A stretch of DNA of 32,000 bases, from contig JAVZOV010000002.1 in assembly GCA_038881895.1 (NCBI GenBank), positions 316,397 through 348,396 of the forward strand, read 5' to 3'. The stretch's first letter is position 1. Every line of letters begins with the position of its first letter. The translations under genes were made by a program, and so were the position numbers. This document shows positions 1-8,100 of the stretch, one piece after another. The stretch is from Thermoprotei archaeon. GTDB taxonomy: Archaea; Thermoproteota; Thermoprotei; Gearchaeales; WAQG01. The notes below the pieces were generated by a model, which had not been told where the DNA came from, searched no databases, and worked only from the letters and a program-made list of their open reading frames with translations.

Positions 1-293
1 ACATCGGATTTAAAAGTAAACGATGCTGAGTTTATATTAATGGTTATGGAGTTATTTTCTAAGTATACTGAAATATTGTTGATAAAAGACTTTATTGAAA
101 TTGTAACGCTTGCGTTTAAGGTTTTTGCTAAATAACCTGTATCATTAATTTGAGAATAGATTGTTATTGCCTCTGCTTTTGATATTGCTGTGTAGAGTGA
201 GTTTATGCTAATAGTGTTTATTAATATGATGATGATTGATAGGGAGATCCATGCAATTATATCTATGTAAGATTGGATTAAGCGTTCTGGCAT
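1..293 (-). CDS. Partial CDS (first 97 codons; continues beyond window start): hypothetical membrane-anchored/secreted protein
   Basis: Absent from the ORF track because there is no stop in the window. Hand translation of the reverse strand from the ATG at 293..291 gives MPERLIQSYIDIIAWISLSIIIILINTISINSLYTAISKAEAITIYSQINDTGYLAKTLNASVTISIKSFINNISVYLENNSITININSASFTFKSDV with no in-frame stop. It has one N-terminal hydrophobic helix, then an Ile/Ser/Asn/Thr-rich region with 4 N-x-S/T sequons. It is divergent from the pilus-like operon. Confidence 0.45.
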   Translation of the reverse strand, partial: MPERLIQSYIDIIAWISLSIIIILINTISINSLYTAISKAEAITIYSQINDTGYLAKTLNASVTISIKSFINNISVYLENNSITININSASFTFKSD

Positions 294-373
294 TGAGCCC
301 GTAAGTATCTGTCAATTATTAATTTTAAGGATACAAGAGGTGTTTTTAAGCATTTTTATCCTAAAATAATGGT

Positions 374-610
374 ATGAATGTTAGTAGGAATGATATACTA
401 GTTTGGGGATTGCGTATAATTTTTGATGAACTAAAGGAAATACAGGATAAATTGGCAGAATTAGAAAACAGAGTGCTTTCCTTAGAGGACTTGACTACTA
501 ATTCGCTTATGCTGACATCAATTTACCGTATTGAATATGTTAAGTGGTATACTGTGTATGTGTCTAAAATTGAGGATAAACTTATGGAGGCTAGAATCTC
601 ATGTCGATGA
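374..610 (+). CDS. Small hypothetical coiled-coil protein (78 aa), first gene of the pilus-like operon
   Basis: ORF track. Heptad-like LKEIQDKLAELENRVLSLEDL segment. Its stop overlaps the next ORF start by 10 nt. No recognisable family. Confidence 0.4.
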   Translation: MNVSRNDILVWGLRIIFDELKEIQDKLAELENRVLSLEDLTTNSLMLTSIYRIEYVKWYTVYVSKIEDKLMEARISCR

Positions 611-999
611 GAGTTACTCTCGAAGATTTGGCTTTGCTTATGGTTAAGAAAGGCATTTCTCCAGATACTGTTAAGGAACTTTTGACGGAGTTAGGGGCTA
701 CAAAGGAACGTATAGATAAAATTATGGACAGTTTTCCGAAATCAGAAGTTGTTGAAGAAAAGAAGAGTAAGATTAATGAAATAAGTCAAGAGAGAGTTGC
801 GAAAGAGCTGATGACAATATCATTTGAGGTTGTCAAAATTAAGAGTAATATAGAAATACACAAGTCAAGAATAGAAGGTTTAGAGACACGCGTTTCAAGT
901 TTAGAAGCTCGTTTTGAAGCTCTCTCAAATATTCTAATAGAATACGCTCCATTTCTTTTCAAGAGGGATAAAGATAATGCTAAATCAAATGTGCAGTGA
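601..999 (+). CDS. Hypothetical coiled-coil protein (132 aa)
   Basis: ORF track. Long amphipathic helix IEIHKSRIEGLETRVSSLEARFEALSNIL. Overlaps both the upstream and downstream ORFs (translational coupling). No recognisable family. Confidence 0.45.
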   Translation: MSMRVTLEDLALLMVKKGISPDTVKELLTELGATKERIDKIMDSFPKSEVVEEKKSKINEISQERVAKELMTISFEVVKIKSNIEIHKSRIEGLETRVSSLEARFEALSNILIEYAPFLFKRDKDNAKSNVQ

Positions 1000-2683
1000 G
1001 TCATGTAAAATTGTGAATGAAGGTAGTACACTGCGAGTTTATTGTCCTCATGATTTTCATGTATTTGGTCTTGAGACAAACAAAAAATGTAGAGAGAAGG
1101 TCTTTTCATCTATGTCTAGCAATACTTTTTTAATAGTAATGGAAAACGGAATTATTAACAAGATCTATAAGAAAAATGTCAAAGAGTTGTTTAATTATAT
1201 TCAACTGATTAATGCTCACTTTGATAAGATTAGAATTCAAAATATTTCTAAAGATGAACTAATCTATGATCCTGCCTTATTACGTTCAAGTTATTCTCCT
1301 AATGATCTTATGAAAACTTGGATTTACAAACATTCACCGTTTTTCAGAGAGCTTGTTGATCATTTTGCAATGAATTACTCTGATCATGAAATTTATGAAT
1401 GGTTATTTGAACCATACGTGGATTATTGTAATGGATTTAGGTCTATCATAGACTCTGAAAGGATAAATGTGTATGATGTGAATGTTGGTTTTGTGAATAT
1501 TTATGATCACGATAATCATTGTTTTTATATAATCGATGAAGTATCTAGAAAACCTAATGTCCAGGATCTTTTAGAAAAAATGCTGTGGCTAATCATAACT
1601 AAAAGCACTAATTTAAGTAAAATATTAGTACCTTTGTACGATGCTCATGTTCAAGAAATGTATCTGGATGGTGAAGATAGATTTATTTATTTGGATCATG
1701 AAGAATATGGTAGATGTTCTACTAATATATTTATTGCGCATACTGATATTGAAAGAATAAAGACTTATGCTAGTATTATAGGTAAGGGTAATGTTAGTCT
1801 ATCAAATCCGTCGTTAAAAATGGATATTATACTTAATGGAATTCCTCATAGGTTTTCTTTAGATTCGCCTCCGTTAGTCCTAACTACATCACTAAACATT
1901 AGAAATTTAGCAATGCAATATATGAACGTGCAAAAATTAATAAAATCAGGTACAATAACTGCAGAAGCTATAGCATACCTTATTTTCCTTGCTATGAATA
2001 GACTGAACATTGTGATTTGCGGAGAACCAAATAGTGGTAAAACAACTCTTGCAAATACTATTGATTTAGAATTACCAAAAGTTTGGCGTAGAATTTACAT
2101 CGAAGATGTTGTAGAGAGTCTTAATCTAAAAGATAAAGATGCTCATCAAATAAAAATTCAAACAACACCTTTTGAACAAGGAGCTAAAGTTTTCAAAAAG
2201 AGTACTGAGATAGTCAAGTTATTACATAGGTCGCCAGATTGGATATACCTAGGTGAAATACAGACAAAAGAACATACAAGAGCTATGTTTCATGCATTTT
2301 CAATGGGTCTAAAAGGTATTGCGACAACACATGCAGCATCGATCGAAGGACTTTTCTATAGATGGACAAAGCATTATATGATTAATTCAGATAGTATACG
2401 ACTTATTAATGTAGTTATTTTAATGGAACGTGAGATTACAAATTCAGGAAAAATTATAAGATACGTAAAAAATATTGTAGAAATTGATAATAACGGTGAT
2501 CCTGTAATCATTTTTAGCAGAATTAATGGTAAACTCACTAGAACTATAAGTTCACTATTTGACACTCCGAACGTGAAAAAATTAATAACGAACGGGAAAA
2601 GTTATGAGGAGATTAAAACTCTTTTTCTTAATATTCTAAATAGGATTAATGGAGGTATCGTAAATGAAGAAATCTACCAATAA
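977..2683 (+). CDS. Type II/IV secretion-family hexameric ATPase (FlaI/TadA/VirB11-like) with a long N-terminal extension
   Basis: Walker A ICGEPNSGKTTLAN; Asp box RIYIEDVVE; Walker B-like RSPDWIYLGEIQ; His box GIATTHAAS. About 340 residues precede Walker A, including a 4-Cys cluster (CSESC...C...C) at the extreme N-terminus. Confidence 0.85.
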   Translation: MLNQMCSESCKIVNEGSTLRVYCPHDFHVFGLETNKKCREKVFSSMSSNTFLIVMENGIINKIYKKNVKELFNYIQLINAHFDKIRIQNISKDELIYDPALLRSSYSPNDLMKTWIYKHSPFFRELVDHFAMNYSDHEIYEWLFEPYVDYCNGFRSIIDSERINVYDVNVGFVNIYDHDNHCFYIIDEVSRKPNVQDLLEKMLWLIITKSTNLSKILVPLYDAHVQEMYLDGEDRFIYLDHEEYGRCSTNIFIAHTDIERIKTYASIIGKGNVSLSNPSLKMDIILNGIPHRFSLDSPPLVLTTSLNIRNLAMQYMNVQKLIKSGTITAEAIAYLIFLAMNRLNIVICGEPNSGKTTLANTIDLELPKVWRRIYIEDVVESLNLKDKDAHQIKIQTTPFEQGAKVFKKSTEIVKLLHRSPDWIYLGEIQTKEHTRAMFHAFSMGLKGIATTHAASIEGLFYRWTKHYMINSDSIRLINVVILMEREITNSGKIIRYVKNIVEIDNNGDPVIIFSRINGKLTRTISSLFDTPNVKKLITNGKSYEEIKTLFLNILNRINGGIVNEEIYQ

Positions 2684-3194
2684 AAAAATAAACAGGGTCA
2701 CTATTAACGAAGGATCGTTTCTTGCATTAATTTCACTTATGTTACAAATTAGAGATATAAGGTCTATGTTAGAACGTGTTAAGAATCATTATCTTTTAAG
2801 CACAGATCAACAATTCTTAATGGGAAAGGTTGATGAAGGCCATGATCCGATTAAGGTACTTAATTCCATTAGTGTATTTAATAACTTAGACGTGCTCTCG
2901 ACATACCTTAACCTATACTCTTCGCATGGTATAACACCTATTGAACGTTATAACATTCAAGAATTGGCATTCTTAAAAACTGCAGGGCATTTGAAAAACC
3001 TTACCAATAAACTTACATTACGTATTCTTGTTATCACGTTCCTAAGTTACATTGTGCCTGTCGCATTAACAATTTTTTCTATTAAATATGGATTAATTGG
3101 CATGATATTATTTGTAAGCATTTTAATCATATCAACAACTTATATATCCTTAGACACGAAAAAAATGATACTTCTATTGAGGGATATTGAATGA
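2664..3194 (+). CDS. Half-size pilus platform membrane protein (TadB/EpdJ-like, single T2SSF-like unit), tentative
   Basis: 176 aa. Soluble helical N-part followed by two C-terminal TM helices (LRILVITFLSYIVPVALTIFSI, LIGMILFVSILIISTTYI). Position immediately after the secretion ATPase, with a 20-nt overlap. Confidence 0.5.
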   Translation: MKKSTNKKINRVTINEGSFLALISLMLQIRDIRSMLERVKNHYLLSTDQQFLMGKVDEGHDPIKVLNSISVFNNLDVLSTYLNLYSSHGITPIERYNIQELAFLKTAGHLKNLTNKLTLRILVITFLSYIVPVALTIFSIKYGLIGMILFVSILIISTTYISLDTKKMILLLRDIE

Positions 3195-3787
3195 ATGATG
3201 AAATTGAAGAATTAATGATTCATTTAAATCAAAATAGTACATTAGGTCTTGGTAAAGCACTGATGTTGTATAAGCCTAAGAGTAAATTCATTAAGAAAAT
3301 CTATGATACTATCAGTGTGATGTTATTAAAAGGTCATGAACCACAACGTGTTATTAGTTATGCATCTTATTTATTACCCAGAGGGACTTTTTTGAATTAC
3401 AATGTTCAAAATATAATTATTGGTGATCGTTCAGCAATATCTCGTAATATTAATTCCATCATAATCTCACGAAAAATACAGGAAATACACAGGGATTTTG
3501 AACTATGGTTATCATCTATGAAAATGAAGACATTTTTATTAACTATCATGAGTTCAATATTTTTAGCTGCTATGTCAAGATTACCTTTTATTCTAATTAG
3601 CAAAATTGAGCATTATTCAGATTGGTTTAATCTTATTCCATTCCTCTATGGATTTTTATGCATCGTGCTTGCTTTTCTTTCCTCAAACATTTATAGTGAA
3701 AAACGTTTCACATTATTAATATCCATACTCTCATTAGCTTCCTATACAATTATGATGATAATAATCAATACACTATTTAAAGTCTAA
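3191..3787 (+). CDS. Second half-size pilus platform membrane protein (TadC/EpdL-like), tentative
   Basis: 198 aa. ATGA start/stop overlap with the upstream gene. Soluble N-part with LLKGHEPQRVISYA, then three or more hydrophobic helices. Paired arrangement as in Tad/Epd systems. Confidence 0.5.
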   Translation: MNDEIEELMIHLNQNSTLGLGKALMLYKPKSKFIKKIYDTISVMLLKGHEPQRVISYASYLLPRGTFLNYNVQNIIIGDRSAISRNINSIIISRKIQEIHRDFELWLSSMKMKTFLLTIMSSIFLAAMSRLPFILISKIEHYSDWFNLIPFLYGFLCIVLAFLSSNIYSEKRFTLLISILSLASYTIMMIIINTLFKV

Positions 3788-3830
3788 CAATCAGTTAAAT
3801 TTGTGTTTAACTAAATTATCATGGTGAAAA

Positions 3831-4079
3831 ATGATGATAAGAGAACTATACGATCTGATAAAAAATCGTAAAGCATCACCATTAGTAGAGGAGGGTATGC
3901 TCTTGGGTTTAGCTGCGATAACATTTACAGTAATCCTTAGTATTGTTTCTAACATTATTACCTCAGTACAAAGTTCATCCGCATCAATGTCATCATCATT
4001 AAGTTCGGGTTTCACTAATTTTCTTAATCAATTAGCCGAGATACTCAATCAAATTGCAAGAGCACTAGGTATAAAGTGA
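3831..4079 (+). CDS. Flp-type (Tad/Epd-class) prepilin, 82 aa
   Basis: MMIRELYDLIKNRKA|SPLVEEGMLLGLAAITFTVILSIV. Basic leader ending in RKA, Glu at predicted mature +5 and Gly at +7, then a hydrophobic helix. This has the same spacing as the bacterial Flp G|xxxxEYG motif. GGTGA Shine-Dalgarno-like element upstream. Confidence 0.6.
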   Translation: MMIRELYDLIKNRKASPLVEEGMLLGLAAITFTVILSIVSNIITSVQSSSASMSSSLSSGFTNFLNQLAEILNQIARALGIK

Positions 4080-4630
4080 AAATTATGAAATACGATAAGA
4101 ATGACATAATTACTCTTTTTTCTTTGTTAATTATAATCGCAATAACCTTACATTGGATAAATCAGTATGTTTCTTCTTTGTCATATACATTTTATCAGTG
4201 GTTAATAATGCCCATCACAATTATTACACTATTTACTGTGGTTTTAAAGCTTTTAAACAAAAATAAATTACATGAGTATGCTAAAAAACATGGTTTTGTC
4301 TTAAGAACGTATAATAAAAATCAATATGCTTTCTCTATAAATAAATTAAATGTGTTAACTAATAATGTTCAACCAAGCGATGAGAATCTCTTACAATTAT
4401 CTTCACAATTGTTGGCATCGCAATTACTTTTTTCTTTAGTCATAGTGCCGACAAACGATAATGCAGAATTGTATTTGATCGTGTCAAAGCCAGTTAAAAA
4501 TCGTTCAGATATAGATAATCTTATCGATCAATTATCAGGTATAAAAGCTGTATTCAATGCACATCTTGGATTTACGATTACAAATGAGTACGAAAGAGTG
4601 ATAAAAAATGAGCTCTCAATACCCTTCTAA
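4076..4630 (+). CDS. Hypothetical membrane protein (two N-terminal TM helices plus a soluble C-domain)
   Basis: ORF track. GTG start overlapping the pilin stop (GTGA); an alternative ATG lies at 4085. TM helices IITLFSLLIIIAITLHWI and WLIMPITIITLFTVVLKLL. Overlaps the HerA-like gene by 23 nt. Confidence 0.5.
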   Translation: MKIMKYDKNDIITLFSLLIIIAITLHWINQYVSSLSYTFYQWLIMPITIITLFTVVLKLLNKNKLHEYAKKHGFVLRTYNKNQYAFSINKLNVLTNNVQPSDENLLQLSSQLLASQLLFSLVIVPTNDNAELYLIVSKPVKNRSDIDNLIDQLSGIKAVFNAHLGFTITNEYERVIKNELSIPF

Positions 4631-5810
4631 AAAAATCAATGATGAGTATTCTCATATTAAAAATATTATCAAAATAATAATATTTGTTAATAAGTTGAAA
4701 GAGATTAGTATGAAAAATGGTGAGAATATATTGTTAGGTAAAATAGATGACAACGGACCATTATTTTATATTTCTAAAAATGATTTGATAAATCATATTG
4801 GTATTTTTGGTCTTAGTGGATTTGGTAAAACAACTACTTGCATGAGGATATTGGAAGGGTTGGCTAATAATGGATACAAAATACTAGTTTTTGATTGGCA
4901 TGGTGAATATGAAAGATTCATAAGAAGTATTGGAGGATATTCTATAAATCTCGGTATTGATGATTATAGCATAAATCCTCTCATGATAATGCTTAATAAT
5001 GATATTGGTGAGCATGTTGGTTTTCTTACTGATATGTTCACTGAGGCTTTTCAATTATCTATGCCACAATCTTATGTTTTAAGGAAGATTCTGCTTGAAA
5101 TTATATCTAAAAGTAATATACAAGGTCTTACTGTTAACAGAATAATTGAGGAATTATCTCCGAAAAGAGGTCAATACGTGTCCAATTATGAAACAGAAAT
5201 TAGGATGGCACTGCTTAGGAGATTAGAACCGTTAAATTATGGTATAAGTAAAAATATTTTTAATGCTACGAAAGTGCTTAGCGCAGATGAATTGTTAAGT
5301 AATAATATATCTATAAACTTCAGGAATTTATCTGAGGAAGGATTAAAGAGAATTACTGCTTATACTATAATGAGAATACTTTATTCTCATTCTATAAAGC
5401 ACAGTTTAAAGAGAATTGTTGTTGTTCTTGAAGAGGCCAGAAACATTATACCACAACGAAGATATGGTGATCCTCCATCATTAGGTGAAAAAATGGTGTC
5501 TGAGCTTAGAAAACATGGCGTGACCATGATAATAATAACACAGCTGCCATCGCAAATTTCTTACGAAATTGTAAGATCGCTTTCTTTGATAATACTTCAT
5601 AGAGTAAATTCATTTGAGGAGGTTCTTAATGCAACAGGATTACAGAGTATTTTAATGGAAGCTGCTGAAGTTGCAAAGAAAGTGAGAACCTTAAATAAAG
5701 GTGAGGCGTTAATATTTTTACCATCAGAAAGTACACACTATAAAGTTTCAATATTGAAATCTAATTTAATGAATGATGAGAAAGATAGTAGTGAACTAAT
5801 AATATCATGA
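4608..5810 (+). CDS. HerA/FtsK-superfamily P-loop ATPase (DUF87/HerA-like, short form)
   Basis: Walker A HIGIFGLSGFGKTT; ILVFDWHGEY motif typical of HerA/DUF87; Walker B RIVVVLEEARNIIP. About 400 aa, too short to carry a full HerA N-terminal barrel. The start may instead be Met35 (4710). Confidence 0.7.
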   Translation: MSSQYPSKKINDEYSHIKNIIKIIIFVNKLKEISMKNGENILLGKIDDNGPLFYISKNDLINHIGIFGLSGFGKTTTCMRILEGLANNGYKILVFDWHGEYERFIRSIGGYSINLGIDDYSINPLMIMLNNDIGEHVGFLTDMFTEAFQLSMPQSYVLRKILLEIISKSNIQGLTVNRIIEELSPKRGQYVSNYETEIRMALLRRLEPLNYGISKNIFNATKVLSADELLSNNISINFRNLSEEGLKRITAYTIMRILYSHSIKHSLKRIVVVLEEARNIIPQRRYGDPPSLGEKMVSELRKHGVTMIIITQLPSQISYEIVRSLSLIILHRVNSFEEVLNATGLQSILMEAAEVAKKVRTLNKGEALIFLPSESTHYKVSILKSNLMNDEKDSSELIIS

Positions 5811-5827
5811 TGAACTATTGAATGGTC

Positions 5828-6397
5828 TCATCTGTTTTTGGATAAATAACTTAAAAGTTCTTCTAGATCTTTATCGTTTAAAAGTGTTAGCCACTCTATC
5901 CCTTGATTTTTAACTATTTTTTTACTGGCAGATATTATAAATCGTTCTATTTCTTCGGGCTTTTTATCTGTTACATCTAATTCAAAGACCTTATTATGAA
6001 ACCTTCTATAAGCGTCAGATGCACATATCCCTAGAAGTTCTGCCTCTACATTCTCTGCTATCTTTTTTTCACTATATCCTCGTGATTTAAGTATGCCAAG
6101 CAATCTTATTGGATTTAATCTGAAAACTATCACCAGATCAATATTTTTAGGGGCCGCATCAACTATATGAGTATCGATAATAACATCATCATTTCTTTTT
6201 AAAAGATTACGTATTTTACCTCTTACTCTATCGATATTTATGATATAAGAATCTCGTCTATCATCGTATTTTAAAAACAGATCATATTTTTTAGCTAAAT
6301 CGTTTACGTTAATATAATAATAATCATGTGCTTCAGAAAAATAAAGGGAGAATGTTGTTTTTCCAGTTCCTGGGGTTCCTGTTATTAATATATGCAT
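5828..6397 (-). CDS. Fap7/AK6-type adenylate kinase-like NTPase
   Basis: N-terminal P-loop MHILITGTPGTGKTT, about 190 aa, the typical size and layout of archaeal Fap7. Its start codon directly abuts the thermosome stop. Confidence 0.75.
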   Translation of the reverse strand: MHILITGTPGTGKTTFSLYFSEAHDYYYINVNDLAKKYDLFLKYDDRRDSYIINIDRVRGKIRNLLKRNDDVIIDTHIVDAAPKNIDLVIVFRLNPIRLLGILKSRGYSEKKIAENVEAELLGICASDAYRRFHNKVFELDVTDKKPEEIERFIISASKKIVKNQGIEWLTLLNDKDLEELLSYLSKNR

Positions 6398-8050
6398 TTA
6401 ATCTTTTTCCTCTTCTTCCTTCTTCTCTTTTTCTGGACCTTTTTCAGCCTTGCTTATCTTGGATGCAGCTATTATATCGTCTATTCTTAGAATCGTTGCA
6501 GCCGCTTCAGTGGCAGAACTTACTGCTTGTATCTTAACTGATGCAGGTTCAATAACACCTAGTTTCTCCATATCATCAATTTTGCTCGTGTATCCATTAA
6601 TTCCATATGACACGTTGCCTTGCTCGTGTGCTGTTTTTAGTTCTGCTAATGCATCTATTGGATCACCGCCAGCATTCTCAGCGAGGGCTCTTGGGATTGC
6701 TTCTACTCCTTTTGCAAATGCTTCAATAGCTAATTGTTCTCGTCCACCGACAGTTGATGCGTATTTTCTCAATGTCTTACTTATCTCAATTTCTATTGCT
6801 CCACCACCATATACAACTCTTGGATCCTCTATTACATCTGATACTACACTCAGTGCATCGATAATTGATCTCTCTGCCTCATCGACTAATCTTTCGAGTC
6901 CACCCCTTATCAATATGCTTACTGATTTTGGATTCTTGCAACCTTCCACAAATACCATTTTGTCGCCTGCAACGCGTCGTTCTTCCACTAATGCTGCTTC
7001 TCCTAAGTCTTCTGGTGTCAAATCTTCAATGTTTGTAACTATTTTACCACCTGTGGCAAGAGCCAGTTTTTCCATATCAGATTTCTTCGCTCGTCGTACA
7101 GCCAGAATGCCTACTTTAGCTAAATGATGTTGCGCTATATCATCAATACCTTTTTGGCAAACGACAACGTTAGCACCGGTAGACTTTATTTTGTCTACCA
7201 TGTTTCTTAGCATTCGCTCTTCTTCATCCAAAAATGCTTTCATTTGCTCTGGATTTGATATTCTAATTTCTGCATCAATCTCAGTTTTCTCTATTTCTAA
7301 CGGAGCATCTATTAATGCAATCTTAGCATTAGTAACTTTTTTAGGCATACCTGGGTGCACAACCTCTTTATCAACTATTACTCCATAAACTAATGCTGTG
7401 TCTAGCAATCCTCCACCCTGTTTTTTGATTAACTGTATCTTATTTATGTCGGCAATTCTCTTCCCGTTCCGTTCTTCTGCTATTGCTTTAACAGCTTTCA
7501 CGCATATGTCTGCAAGGTGTTCTTTGACTGAAGAAACTGATTTACCATGTATTGATGTCAATGCTACTTTTTTAAGTATTTCATCATCATCAATGTTTAC
7601 TTTTATTGCTAATGAGTCAATAACTTCTCTAGTTTTAATTTCGGCTTTTCTATATCCGCTAACTATGACTGTCGGATGCACGTTTTTATCGATGAGCTCT
7701 TCAGCTTCTTTTAGTAGCTGACCTGCTATTACAACTGAAGTTGTTGTGCCATCTCCAACTTCATCATCCTGAGTTTTTGCTATTTGAACTAATAATTTTG
7801 CTGCAGGATGTTGAACCTCTATTTCGTTAAGTATTGTAGCACCATCATTTGTAATAGTTATGTCACCAATTGTATCAATAAGCATCTTATCCATACCTCT
7901 GGGTCCTAATGATGATTTTACAGTTTCCGCTACTGCCATTGCAGCAGTTATATTGGCTCGTAATGCATCGTAACCAGTTGTTCTTTGCGTTCCTTCCTTG
8001 AGTATTAATACAGGAACCGCTGATGTACCACCCGAAGGCACACTTGCCAT
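6398..8050 (-). CDS. ths: Thermosome subunit (group II chaperonin)
   Basis: Hallmark motifs [34 protein letters not shown]. 550 aa with an acidic/lysine-rich C-terminal tail. Confidence 0.97.
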   Translation of the reverse strand: MASVPSGGTSAVPVLILKEGTQRTTGYDALRANITAAMAVAETVKSSLGPRGMDKMLIDTIGDITITNDGATILNEIEVQHPAAKLLVQIAKTQDDEVGDGTTTSVVIAGQLLKEAEELIDKNVHPTVIVSGYRKAEIKTREVIDSLAIKVNIDDDEILKKVALTSIHGKSVSSVKEHLADICVKAVKAIAEERNGKRIADINKIQLIKKQGGGLLDTALVYGVIVDKEVVHPGMPKKVTNAKIALIDAPLEIEKTEIDAEIRISNPEQMKAFLDEEERMLRNMVDKIKSTGANVVVCQKGIDDIAQHHLAKVGILAVRRAKKSDMEKLALATGGKIVTNIEDLTPEDLGEAALVEERRVAGDKMVFVEGCKNPKSVSILIRGGLERLVDEAERSIIDALSVVSDVIEDPRVVYGGGAIEIEISKTLRKYASTVGGREQLAIEAFAKGVEAIPRALAENAGGDPIDALAELKTAHEQGNVSYGINGYTSKIDDMEKLGVIEPASVKIQAVSSATEAAATILRIDDIIAASKISKAEKGPEKEKKEEEEKD

Positions 8051-8070
8051 AGAATCCTCACCCCAGCTAA

Positions 8071-8100
8071 CCTTTAAATAAAAAAGTTAAATATAAGCTT
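8071..8100 (-). promoter_or_regulatory. Putative thermosome promoter (A/T-rich TATA-like boxes) upstream of a GGGGTGAGG Shine-Dalgarno-like element
   Basis: The reverse strand reads GCTTATATTTAACTTTTTTATTTAAAGG, followed by GGGGTGAGG 5 nt before the ATG. Position only; no experimental support. Confidence 0.35.

Noticed and set aside
786-4015. Minus-strand ORFs 786..1109, 2374..2565, 3406..3603 and 3791..4015
   Set aside because: They are antisense to the overlap-coupled plus-strand operon. They are hydrophobic, low-complexity shadow frames in AT-rich DNA.
1-5810. Idea that the pilus/HerA locus is an integrated conjugative plasmid or provirus
   Set aside because: No integrase, att-like direct repeats, replication, capsid or TraG/VirD4-like genes are visible. 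There is no obvious compositional break at 5810. It cannot be supported from this window.
6450-7721. Three plus-strand ORFs (6450..7127, 7191..7388, 7398..7721) of 65-225 aa
   Set aside because: They lie entirely antisense to the unmistakable thermosome gene. Their low-complexity Ser/Ile/Ala-rich translations are typical of shadow ORFs.
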